Shown: piece by piece, positions 1-12,400 of the stretch
How positions within the stretch are numbered: the first letter of the stretch is position 1
How the letters are laid out: every line of letters starts with the position of its first letter
Assembly (NCBI RefSeq): GCF_964355755.1
Contig: NC_092679.1
Coordinates: 22,985,432-23,049,431 of the forward strand
DNA: 64,000 nucleotides
Reading direction: 5' to 3'
Source: Antedon mediterranea
Lineage: Eukaryota > Animalia > Echinodermata
Notes under the pieces: generated by a model
Seen by the model: only the letters and a program-made list of their open reading frames with translations
Database searches by the model: none
Told to the model about the DNA's origin: nothing
Position numbers and translations under genes: made by a program

Positions 1-1249
1 TTAATTGATCACACAAGTTGAGTACTACACATCATAACTCTAAAAACGATTCATAACAGCTTTGTTATGTATGCTTTGTAGGTAATTTAAGCGCTAATAA
101 AAACCGGTAAACTGGGTTCCACTTAATTAGGCATTGTTAACCTTTAACACAACTTAAACCAGTTATTTGAAATGGGTTTAGTTTCTGCTGCTTCCCAGGT
201 AAATTATTTGCACACTATTTATCCAGTTATTTCCTTGAAAATGAAACAATCAACTCAAGAGTGTAAACAAAATCTAAAAAAATATTGAAATATTTATGAG
301 TAATAATAGGATATTGAATCCCAAGGTGAAGTACAACCCCTGATTAGAAGAAAATGAACCATCTTGGTAACCCCTTGTGTAATAAATTATATAGTTTTAT
401 TGGAAGTTTCAGGTTTAAAAAACATAAATCACTGAAAAAGTTGTTTATGTTACATAAGCTTGGTTGGGTCTGTCTCTGTTGAATAAAACAAAAAATATTT
501 CTTACAAAAAACGCTGATGTAACAGTAAAAAGTATAAAGTGAAAGGTTAAACAAAAACAGTTAGTTTCATGTAGGGGATGAGCGGCTTTAATGAATTGTT
601 AGGTATCAACGCTAGAATGATTTTTGCAATTGATCAAGAACTTTGATGGAAAAACGAATGATTAAAACTTATTTTAATGACCATTTAATACAAATTGTAG
701 TTAATAAATAACTCATATGGCTCCAACATTTGAAATAGGAGGATGTGAAACTAAAAGTTGATTTTATGTGGTCTTTGAAAATATATAGACAAAAAATGTA
801 CAATTAGAACTAGAAAAGATATAGGTTTTGTTTATTGAACGAATCAATATTTCACAATTTCAATTCCAAAAGATAAAACAAAAAGTGTTCTATTTTAAAT
901 TTGAAGATACTGTATATGGGAGGCATTTAACTTGTTGAAATGACTTTATAACAAGGGAAATCAAAGAAGATATATCAAATTACGTCCACAAGTGACCTGT
1001 GCTTGCCTACCTATAAAACATTGCTAGTTAACTTTCATACCTCTCAATTTGTGGTAAAATTGTTTTTAATGAGGTTGAAATGTTTGTTTCTGAATGTGTT
1101 TCTGATTTGTAAACAGGCATTTCATTCATACAATTTTATACCTCCGTGTGTACGATCATTTCAGCAAACTGGGCTAATGTTTAAGAACTTACATACTGTA
1201 CTCGTTCAAACACTATTAAACTAGAAGCTAACTTTCAAATAATTTATTT

Positions 1250-1490
1250 AGTTTTCTTAAAATTCCACTCGCCATCCAATTAAAAACCCATTTCATACAC
1301 ATCCAAATACAGCAAGTGATTGCCAATTACAGGATGTATAAACACAGCTATGATGGTTTAAAACTATGGTAAGTTTCAATTGAGGTGATGTAAAAACAGT
1401 TGTAAGTTGCAACCTTGCCACTGAGATCAGAATTGAACTTAGATATTTAGATTGGAAGGCTACTGTAGCACATTAACCACTAAGCTACCT
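1250..1490 (-). mobile_element. Degraded tRNA-derived SINE (same family as 22575-22807)
   Basis: Shares blocks such as 'gccaattacaggatg', 'gattggaaggc' and 'ttaaccac.aagcta' with the better-preserved copy at 22575-22807. Confidence 0.6.
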
Positions 1491-2729
1491 TTCTAATAAA
1501 ATGATGAGTTGTTAGAATAATGAGAAAATCTCCGGATTTGAACCCAGAATTTTAAGAAGCAAGCATGCTACAGTAGTTTCCACATTTATATTTTCCTAAT
1601 TTCTAAAACAATTACAATAATTAATATCAATAACTGTATACTTATGTCAAGTATATAATTTATTAAGTTGTAAATAATTTTACCTTTTTAGTAGTATTGA
1701 ATTAAAGAATTTGAATTGCCAATTTAAATTCCAGTCAGTCTAAATAAATTGAAATATGGGATAGAATTAAATGCTAGTCACATACCAACATTTACTCAGG
1801 AAAACTTTTACCACAACATAATAAGTTTGATAAAAAAAGTAGAATAACGAGGAATGTGTTTCTACTGAATAGTAGACCTAACATTAAGGTCCTGTTTCAT
1901 GCTGCAAAAAAATAACTGGTTAATAACTGTGTGAATAAATTAACCACATATTCTCGGGAGCAAAAACAGTACAAATTTTCAATAACCGCTTAAATGGCAG
2001 CCTGAAAATAATGGTAAAAATACCTGATCGATTCGGTGTTAGTTAGAACGCTATTTAACCAGTTATTTCTGTGCAACTTATTTGACTGACAACTGCTGAC
2101 CTTGAGTCAACTACAGTATAGGTAGTGATATCCCCAAATATGGTAGTGATAGGATGTCATCATGTCCATATATGGGCACATCATAAAGGTTTATAGTGCA
2201 GACAGAGCTACATTTCCATTCCTTGAAATGTATCAAGAAAAACACATCAGTTGTTACTTTTCCATTTCCATTAATTCTATTTTTGCTCAAGCTTAAAATA
2301 TTTATCAAGATGTTGTCATTTGTCAAACATTTAATTTTTTAGAAGAAAATATTGACAGAAGAAAAACAAATTTGATTGACAGACGGAGATCAAGACCATG
2401 GTCAGTAATGAGCGAGGAATGTCATCTAATAAGCCAATAAAACCAGTATACATCAGAATGTTTACATTGATAAATCATCATGACAATTTCTAATCCATGT
2501 ATTTTAATATTCAACATTAAAAATAGGAAAAACAAGATAAAAATCGACCTTTAGAATATACATAAAGTATTACATGTATTTAGGAATAATCATGTGACCT
2601 TCAGGAAAGGACCACTTCTAAAACTAATTAATGGGTTGTCTAAAAAGTAAATCTTTGTCGGATTCATTCAAGGGTAAAATTTTTGAAATTTATTTTTATC
2701 CAAAACAGTCGAATCTACCAATACCAACT

Positions 2730-2845
2730 TCTACCAATACCGGACTCAATACCAATACCAAACACTACAGTACCAATACTAGACTCTACAAATACCGGAC
2801 TCTACAAATACCAGACTCTACCATTACCGGACTCTACCAATGCTC
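2730..2845. repeat. Degenerate ~17-bp minisatellite (AATACCRGACTCTAC-like)
   Basis: About 5-6 visible tandem units. Confidence 0.65.
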
Positions 2846-5800
2846 TACTACTCTCTCTGTAAACTGGAAACAGTCTTACAGTATACCAGACTTTTCTTGT
2901 TGTCCAAAATTATTATTTATAAAAACCCATTTAGAATACCAGAATTTCCTTTTTTGGTGAATTACGTTTTAAAAATAAGTGAGCATAACATTTGGAATTA
3001 GAGGTAGTTATAGTAAGATTGAATTGTTATGATCTGTTTCTTTGTATTCTTTGATGTCAGATCATAAACTTTCTATAAATGTATGATACAATGATGGTAA
3101 CATTCTACTACCACTTATTAAATGGTTATACTGTATATTCAAAGCCATTCTCAAGATCACAAACAGAAGTCCAGCAAAGATGATAGACAACCAACAGATC
3201 TTTGATCAATGACATTAACAGGGAGTCTAGGCACATTTCAAAACCTACAAATCCATGTAAAGCAAATGATAGTCTAGAAATTCAAAGATACTATTTGGCC
3301 TTTGGGAGGCAAATATCTTTAGAGATTTTCATGGTTGACCGAAATCCAAAAAAAGTAAAACAGACAGCAACAAATTCTGTTAAATTGAAGATAGGCCTAT
3401 ATTTTTTAGGAAAACTAATGATTTTTATCTTATTTTAATTTTACAGAACAAAAAAAAACACTTTTAAAACTGTAACTATTTCTATGATCAAATGAATATG
3501 TATAAATAATGTTTAAAATCAACTAATAAAATGAATACACTTAGAATAGGTACATTAATATTTAAATGTGCTTGTTTTTTGGAATTAAATTAAAAGTAAA
3601 TTTATTTATACTGTACCCAGAGCCCAAGGGAGATCATCCTTGAAAAATGAAATCATTATAACACCCAAGAGAATAAAATATTAATATAAACAATGTTTTA
3701 ATAATTTAAAAAATTAATAATATTTTATCAGAAATGCCCTTGACTTTGAAGCTTGTACTTTAGCAACATTGCTTCCCTTCACCCAGGAGTATAAGTAGGT
3801 ACCTCGGAGGATTGAATGCCAATGTGTTGATGTAACAACTATTATGTTCCTCCCCAAGGTGCATAGGTACAAAGTATGTGTCCTATTGATGGTATTGTGG
3901 GTAATAAATCATGAAATACTGTATGCAGCTTGGGAGTCTGTCATACCTGTATAGGAATGGTAATACTACAAAAAAATATTATATTTATATGGTTGAACTT
4001 AAAATACTGTATAGCATTAGTAGAAGCCCTATTAAGTGCCTCCTTTAAAATAGATGCCTCCCCTAAATAGGAGTTTGTGGTAATGTTAGAACATTTTATG
4101 TTTGTAGTAAACTTATGATGGTTATGAAACACTGAAATAATAGACCAAACATCAATCAATATAATAAGATTTCCCTGTTGTTAGAAGCCTAAAGGAGTAG
4201 TGCAAAAACATATAGCAACAAATTTTAAAACTTGATATGACTGAAAATACACACAATTGTAGTTTTGATATTCTTAATAGTCTAGTATACTCGGAATATT
4301 GTAGACACATCATTTTAATAATTTTGGAATAATTTGTGCAACCACAACAATTTTTTTATACTTATCGCACCATATTTCGCAGATTTTTTTTACAGGAATC
4401 TTTCTGTCCCCTTTGTTTAGTCTCTTCAAAATATATAAATCAAAGGAATTGACTATAGTAAGTATAGATAATAAGCTAATACAGACAGACATTGATGGGT
4501 CAAACAATTGTTAAAAACAGGGCAAATGTGAGAGCAACACAATTAGCTATGGCTTTTGATTGTAGCCAAATTGCTCCATCAAGAACAGATGTTAAGATTA
4601 TTGGCGTTCTGTGACTTCAGCCCTGCTTTTGGACAACATCATTTTCATTGATATACTTTAGTAATTTAGAACAATGATGAAATTGATATCATATTGTTTT
4701 ATATTATCAAATAGAAACATGATTTACAACATGGAGAGAATGTTGTTATTTATGGTATTGACTTTACAAAAAAAAATGTTTTATCTGTAAATAATTTTTT
4801 GTAAAATGGCCTATAGAAAAAAAAAACAACATTTTTATTATATTTTTTACAGGGGCAAGTAAAACAGCCAATTATTTTAAAATTAAATCATTTATAGACA
4901 AACTTATTTCAAAACAAACAGAAGTTCAAGAATCTTATACGACCACCTAAGTAGCATTCTGTCTGCATGAGTGTCCAGTAGCTACATGATAAGTGGAAAT
5001 CAACTGCCGGCCCACACTAATCTCAAAGCAATTAATAGGTTTTCCAAATCCAAGCACTGACAGTTACAATAGTACACTTACCTATTATAATATTAGCTGG
5101 AGAAAAACAAAAGCTTTCTTAGAATTAAATAATGACAGCATTGTTTTGGAATGTTGGAATTTAAAAACAACCAATTTATTCACTTAATAAGGAAACATCA
5201 AGGATGAAAAATAAAATGGTTGGTTGACAAATAAAATGGTTGGTTGAAAAATAAAATGGTTTTGGTTGTAAAATAAATTAGAATAATAACCATTTTAATT
5301 GTCCGGTTACTTTTTTTCTATTCTATTCCTTTTTTCAGTAAAACATAAAGAAAGAAAGAAAGAACGAAACACAAGGAAGACACAAAGATGTCATTTACCA
5401 AAAGGCATGTATCCCCAAAGGTATGTCTCTCCAAAGGCGTGTCTCCTCAAATTGGTCAGAGTAATTTGATATTCTTGTGCATAGATTTCTGGGGTTCGAT
5501 TGATCAACTATCATCTCAATCTCACTCTTTTTAAACGGATATTGTGTAATAATGATCGCCACATTTTAGAAGCTGTTAAAATGACACTTAACAAGGTGAT
5601 GACTGCCTTTGTTCCAATGATGTAGAAACATTTAACGAATTATAAAATTTGGAACATGAATCATAAATTACCAATACTTTCCAGAAGTACTATTAAGTAT
5701 TTGACATATGGACAGATAGACAGACAGAAATGTATGTAGGGAAACTAAAAATTAAATGGTCGGTCCAGGGGGCATCAGTTTCGACCACTAAGGAGTTGAG

Positions 5801-6111
5801 AGGGGCAACCAAAACATGGTCCGGGGAAGGAAAAAAGTTGTATTGGTCAGTCAAAAAATTGTAAAGACAGCTAATATTGACTTTATTGAGTCTATTATTA
5901 TAGTAATATTTTTTGGAAATTTTTTTTTTTTAAATTTTAATTTAAAACTGGGCAAAAATTATAATATAAACTATTCATAAATAGTCAACATTTAATTTAC
6001 TGTAATTTGCAATAAATAAACAATTTTTTTGACCTAATTTTGGACAAAGCTTGAAATGCATTGTGGGTAAGGTGATTGCATACTGTACAACACAGACAAA
6101 TTAGTGGTTAA

Positions 6112-7122
6112 AGGAAAGGAACAACCTAATATTTTACCTAACTATTATAAAAGTAACCCTACCAACTTAATATTCAGAACAATTTATGTTTAAATCGGAT
6201 TTGTAGTTTTCTAGTAAACAGGATTTTAAAGCTGTTTTCAAGACATTTGAAAATCGCCATCTTGTGCTCATGGCAGCCTGTTTGTGACGTCAGATACGGC
6301 CGACGAAAATTTTAAGATTCGCGGTTGCATTCGGCGCTTCTATTGGATAAGCGAATCCGCTAATATGATTGGCTAATAACGCGACATGCGGTCATGCAGG
6401 ACGGCGATGACGCGGTATGAGCATGCGCTGGCTTGGTAAACAAACCTTCGCTCGATCTTTTCTTCTGCAAGCCAATTCGTAAATCTTTCAGCTATTATTA
6501 ATCTATTGTTACTTTTATTGCCTAGCTGTTTCAAACGGGATTTGGTAGGGGAATTAACTGGCAAACCTTCCAAACGAAGGCTGTTGGTTGACGATGCAGT
6601 GTCTACTTTATTTTCGTTCAACACGAGTTCTAGGCCTAGTAAGGCATACAGTACAGATACACTGGCCGAAAGTACACCATTCTTCGACGGCTTGTTATGC
6701 TCGAGAATGTTCTTCTTCTCTTCTTTTTTCCTCATCTGCACAACGCAAAACTAACTCTCTTTCTGTATATTCTGGTTCCAAATTTTCTGAATTATAAAAA
6801 CTCCAAGCCATATTCCGAATTATTAGGTATGTTAGGCTATTTAATTGATTTTATTTATGGTTATATCCCGCACTTCCATATTGAAATACTGTACTAAGAC
6901 GATGGACGCTTGGATTTGCTTGAATGCGTCCACCTAATCTGACATCACATATTTGCTCTTAACCTGTCAAAATGGCGCTGTTCAATTTCCGATATGTTGT
7001 CGTTTAAAAGTCTATTTTTTAACTAAATTGCTTACTATTGTACCTTGAACCATTGTAATCATGTTTTTATTACATTTATCTATAAGCACAGTGGCACATT
7101 TAGCCCAGGGTGTTCCTTTCCT
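6112..7122. mobile_element. Non-autonomous Kolobok-type DNA transposon (1011 bp)
   Basis: TTAA at 6108-6111 and 7123-7126. 16-bp TIRs AGGAAAGGAACAACCT / AGGGTGTTCCTTTCCT (1 mismatch) with AG..CT termini. Internal remnant of a P2X7-tail-like gene. TTAA TSD plus RR..YY ends is the Kolobok signature. Confidence 0.8.
6608..6811 (-). pseudogene. Remnant of Kolobok accessory (KolX / P2X7 cytoplasmic-domain-like) ORF
   Basis: Reads MAWSFYNSENLEPEYTERELVLRCADEEKRREEEHSRA*QAVEEWCTFGQCICTVCL. Resembles the FEPEYT..EL...WCxCGxC N-terminus of P2X7-like Kolobok proteins. In-frame stop at 6695-6697. Confidence 0.55.
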
Positions 7123-9428
7123 TTAAGGGTACTAAAGAAATAATTGGTTATATTGTACAATTGCCAATTGAAACAGACCCAATGACATCATTGAAACAAA
7201 AAGTAGAACTTCAACCTAATTAAAAACAATTCAGCATTTTATATGAAAAGTTATTTTAGAATTACACGACAGATAAAACGTATTTAAAATACACAAGAGA
7301 CGTTCAGCCCACGCAAAAGACAAATGTCAAATACTAGCTAATGTGTTACTATAGACAATTACAATCATTAATGTACTTCCTAGAATAGACTTTTATTATA
7401 AATAAAGTAGTACAATTATTTTTTATTTATTTATTTATTTTTGTCCTTTGCCAGTGGAATACTGCAACAAAAAATCCCCTAAAAAATAGGGGTTGGATGG
7501 TTGTAGTATTGTATACTTCCCCTTGTTTGATTTATGTGACAGTGTCTGCTTAATAGGGTGTCTCAGTGGGCCTACAGTATTAGGTGTGTCAGTATTACTG
7601 TAACAAAGGAGGGATTCTATTTCTACTTTAATGGTCAGAGTCAGACCCACTTGGCAAAAACAAGACAGTTTTCAGGTTTTGGTAGAATAACATTCTTTAC
7701 CAGACCTGAATATTTCAAGTTTCTGAGTCTAATTAGCCAACAAAGAATAGATGGAAACAGAGTTTTCAGAAAACCTCTCCATTGAACATCATTAAATGGT
7801 GGTTTGCTTTCCTGACATTAATATTTAGTTTGGACTTAAAACATAAACTTTGCACACAGTCAGTGCAACAGTATCATTATTTAATTACTGAATGTTTTAT
7901 TATTCTTTAATAGAAATTCTTGAATTTAGTATCCTGAACACTTGAGCAACAATAAATTTCCCAAAAGTAATCAAAATTCCATTGAAGGTTCAAGAGTTAT
8001 TTTGTTTCAATTTTTGACCAGACAGGTTGTAGTGTCACATAACTGTTTCATTTCTGTTTACTTTAAATAAGAAAAGTTTATATTATAACAATGGACCTAT
8101 TTTCAAAATTCCAGCTAGGCCTACAAAACTAAGCCTAGTTAAGTTAGGCCTAAGAACGTCTACAAGAGAACATTCGACAGAAGCTACTTACTGTAGGTAG
8201 TGCATTGTTTTATCATAATTAACCATAGAACATATATTTAAGACAAAGAATGACTTTATAATGTTTTTAGAGTTATATATAATGCATTATTTTCACAAAA
8301 CGTCAACAATTACAGGTAAAGTGTCTTTATCAAATCAAGAGATCCTGTCAACAACTGCTCTTCAGAAAAAAATTAATTGTAAATTAGTGAAGTCTGACTT
8401 TGTTTGAAGGAGAGTTATTCTTTAGTGCCACTTATATGCAAGTTAATTAGACAGAGTAAAAGGATATTTCTACAATGGAGGACACCACAAAAGAAATTAT
8501 ATTATTCAATTCTAAAAGTGGCAGAATACAGGATGACAGAAACTACAAAGAAATTTATTTAATTACGCGATACCTGTGTGAAAAGTTAATAATTGGATGA
8601 ATTATCAGACAAATTACTATGTTTCAGGAATTAAATTTGAAGTGCCGAAACTTCAAAAGTTAAAAAGTCTAAGAAATAAAAGGATAATCAATCCATTAAT
8701 TGTTTGTATGTAAAAAACAAATTTTTGAATTGTTAGTCATAAAAACATATGGTATTTTTAAAATATGTTTAAATAACAACTTTTTAATCAAAGTCAATAA
8801 CAATTATTGTGTTATACAAACTTGGATTGGATATGAAAGAATAACTTTGATATGTCTTCTTTACTCAGTTCATTCTCATTCTCAGCAAGTCAATGATTTT
8901 TTAAATTCTTATCACTAATCTCAAATTTGAATTAATATTAGTTATCATTTTGCTATTTTTGTTTCTACAATTAAAATGACACAAATATGTAAACAGAGGG
9001 CGACATTCCACAATTCCAACTTCACTTAAAACAATCTGATAAATGTAAATTAGCTATATACAGTAATATATTTAAATGACTTGATTCATACTACTAGTCT
9101 CAAGTAAAACTTGAGCCACTCCCTGCATAAATATTAATTGCCAAATATTGTTCTTATTATTTAAAAACTGTAACAAAAATATTAAAGTTTTGAAATAAAA
9201 AAAAAAAAGTTTCGACAAAGATTGTCAAAAAATAATGTCTCAATTCGTTGGTTGTTATGCTACAAATATCTTCTAAAATAATAAACATTGAGACATTTAT
9301 GATTTTTTTATTTTTTATGCAAACGCATGGTATACTGCAAACCTTGCTTTACTAGCGTTATTTGTCCTGCAAACTTGTAAACAATTTTGTTTACTTCTTC
9401 TGGAGTATTGAAATAGCGAGCCAAACTT

Positions 9429-12400
9429 TTACGAAAACACAAGGTGTACTCTAAAAACATTTATTTGGCATGAAAATGTTTAGTTCTAATCAATATAAAT
9501 TGTTTCTGAAGTTATGAAATGTGGAGATGACCTTTTTAGAAACAATTAACCTAATTTATTTTCCATGCAAACTTTTAAACAATAAGATTTTCAACTTACT
9601 CTTTTCTTGTTGTTGGCGTTCGTTTGCTACTATTCTTCTCAGCTAATTTCTTTTTGTATTCTTTCCTTTTATCGCGCTTAAATCTGGCTGCATCAAACTC
9701 TTTACATTCTGGAGAAGAAAAAAAATATATCACTAACCTAATTATAAATGTTAAGAAATTGTTATACCAAAACCAATGCTAGTATGTTTTGTCGAACATA
9801 GCATCCCATCATTTTACGAGTACATTATGTGTGTCTGTAAATGTATACTCCTACAGACTCTAAACTGTATATTAGATGGAAAATTATTTTGTATGCATAT
9901 GATATACATAGATTATTTCTATTGTTATTTATTTGGATGTGTGTCTTTCAAATTAAAAGTAATTAAAATAAGTAACACAAATTAACATTTATTTTCAAAG
10001 ACAAAAGAGACATTTATAATGACATACCTTCTATTTTTGTTATTCCATTTCGCCTATATCGTATTAATTCTTTTATTCTAACCTTTAGTTCTTTTTCACC
10101 TAAGAAAAAATGTTTAAAAAAAATGACGGAGAATGAAAACCAAGTAACTAATTTTGCTCTACAAAGCTACAAAGTTAACTGAGTGGAATTATAAGAGAAA
10201 TTTGCACTGGTCGATTGGAATTATAGTCATTTTAGAAGTTAATAAAGCTACGTTCACACACAGCTAGCATTTAGCATTACTGCGATGTTAAGTATGTTTC
10301 TAAAGTTAGCTGCCTGTTCACATGCACAATAGTGATCTAGATTACAAAAATTATTGTAGTCATTTTCCTACATACATAGTTATTTTCTATTAGAAACAGG
10401 CATCAAATCCCTAACTCTTACTGATCCAGATAATAGATTCTGATTGGTCAACTTTGTTTACTGTATCTGCAATTTAATTTCTTTTGGATATGTGTTGTAA
10501 TAAAAAAAAAACTTACGTTGCATATTTTCAAATAACTCTTCGTGCTCTTTACTTTTTTGAAATTGGCAAAATTCTCGCATCCTCTCACGCAACTCTGATT
10601 CCTCTTCTGAGATCTTTCTCTTTGGGGGGTTTGAAGAAAGAACTACAATAAAAAATAAATAAAATTATGATATTAAGGATTTATTGTATAACAAAACATT
10701 TTTATTTTTCAATCCAATTGCGTTTCATATAAACACAAAATATTCACAAAGATGTTTGTGGCGGCTTGGAAGGTACTACAGTAATTTCAATATTTATTCA
10801 TCACATTAGAGCTCAAATGTTACCGCCATTTTTACAGTGCCATCAGTGCCCTCTGAGTTGGCCTGAAAACGAATAACAACCCCTACCATGCAGGGTCAAA
10901 CTTGGCAAATAAAGTGGAGGGGTGAGATGGGAACTATGTCATCTATTTCAACATTTATTCATCACATTAGAGCTCAAATGTTACCGTCATTTTTACAGTG
11001 CCATCGGTGCCCTCTGAGTTGGCCTGAAAACGAATAACAACCACTACCATGTAGGGTCAAACTTGGCAAATAAAAGGGAGGGGTGAGATGGGAACTATGT
11101 CATCTATTTCACAAGACATTAAGTGATAATCTTTTACTAGCTTTCTTAATGGTTACCCCACACTTTGATAACAGTAGAAAATGTTTACAAAAATGTATTT
11201 ACCTTGTGGTTTTGTGCTATTAAAAAAACTAGGAACTAAAGAATATTCTCTTGATATTTGTTTTCTTCTTTGTCTTTCTTTTAAGAGTTTAGTGTACATA
11301 TCTACATGGGCAAACCTAAGAGCTGGAAAAGAGAACAACACATTCAATAACATCAGTATAGCACAATTATGACAACAAAGACAACAAAGAGAACAACACA
11401 TTCAATAACATCAGTATAGCACAATTATGACAACAAAGTTACACAATATAGTAGTGACCACTCAGTTCATACAACAGTTTTATACATCAGTGGTGTTTTT
11501 TAAGAATTTAAATATTCATGATCATCTATGTTTATGGTCATAACAATAAATTAATTACCTTAATCTAAACACAATCAGCCAAAATAATCAGTTTCAGCTA
11601 ATCACATAGACAAGGATATTATGCATTTCTTACCTGCATCTAATTCATCATCTTCTAAATTGATTTGTAATTGACTAACTATTTTTTCTGAATCATTGTC
11701 AAATTCCTGAAAAGTAGAAAATTAGATTGTCAGCAATTATTAAAAAAGCAAACTCACAAATGAAGTGATATAAGCAAAGATCTGTGGTCTTTGCAAAACA
11801 AAAAGGGTTTATCTGTGGATGCGACACAATCAGTTCCACGCCTCCTAAACTTTTTGACTGATTTTCGATTCACCAATTGGCTTCCCAAATGTTTGGTTAA
11901 CGCGCCGCAGAGAATATGTACATAGTACAGTACTGTACGATCAAAGGACTGTTACGAGTTTCTATATTGGCAAGGCGAGCTCAGCATCCTATGTATGTTT
12001 ATCTTACCCTTTCAAAGTCATCCCTTAACGGCATGAAACCTAGTTGCTGTTGCTCTTCTAATAAAATTTCTATAGGTTTTAATGTTGACCTTAAACTAGG
12101 AGATAAGGGACCTGAAAAACAAAATATGAAAATATCATACATGGGGCTACCAATGCAAGTAGCCGAAATGTAGCAATATAATAAGTTATTTTTTTATAGT
12201 TTACAGTTTGGAAAAACATATACTTTAATACTTACCATCAATTGGTCCTGTGTGGTCTTGTACTTTAATGTCAAATGACGTTGGTATGGTTACTGTAAAC
12301 AACAATATATACAGTATTATCAATTTAAAGTAATAATAATAGTAATAATCTTTATTTATGAGTACTTGTACTTAATCTGTGTATAATCTGGTTTGATTTT

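Noticed and set aside
1-5000. Short ORFs in the left AT-rich region
   Set aside because: No protein motifs or consistent exon chain; mostly decayed repeat fragments.
6373-6897. Cluster of overlapping 66-122 aa ORFs as a host gene
   Set aside because: They lie inside the TIR/TTAA-bounded element, reflect higher GC, and show no recognisable protein except the broken P2X7-like frame.
10784-11111. Duplicated intronic snoRNA
   Set aside because: No correctly ordered C/D or H/ACA boxes seen on the transcribed strand.
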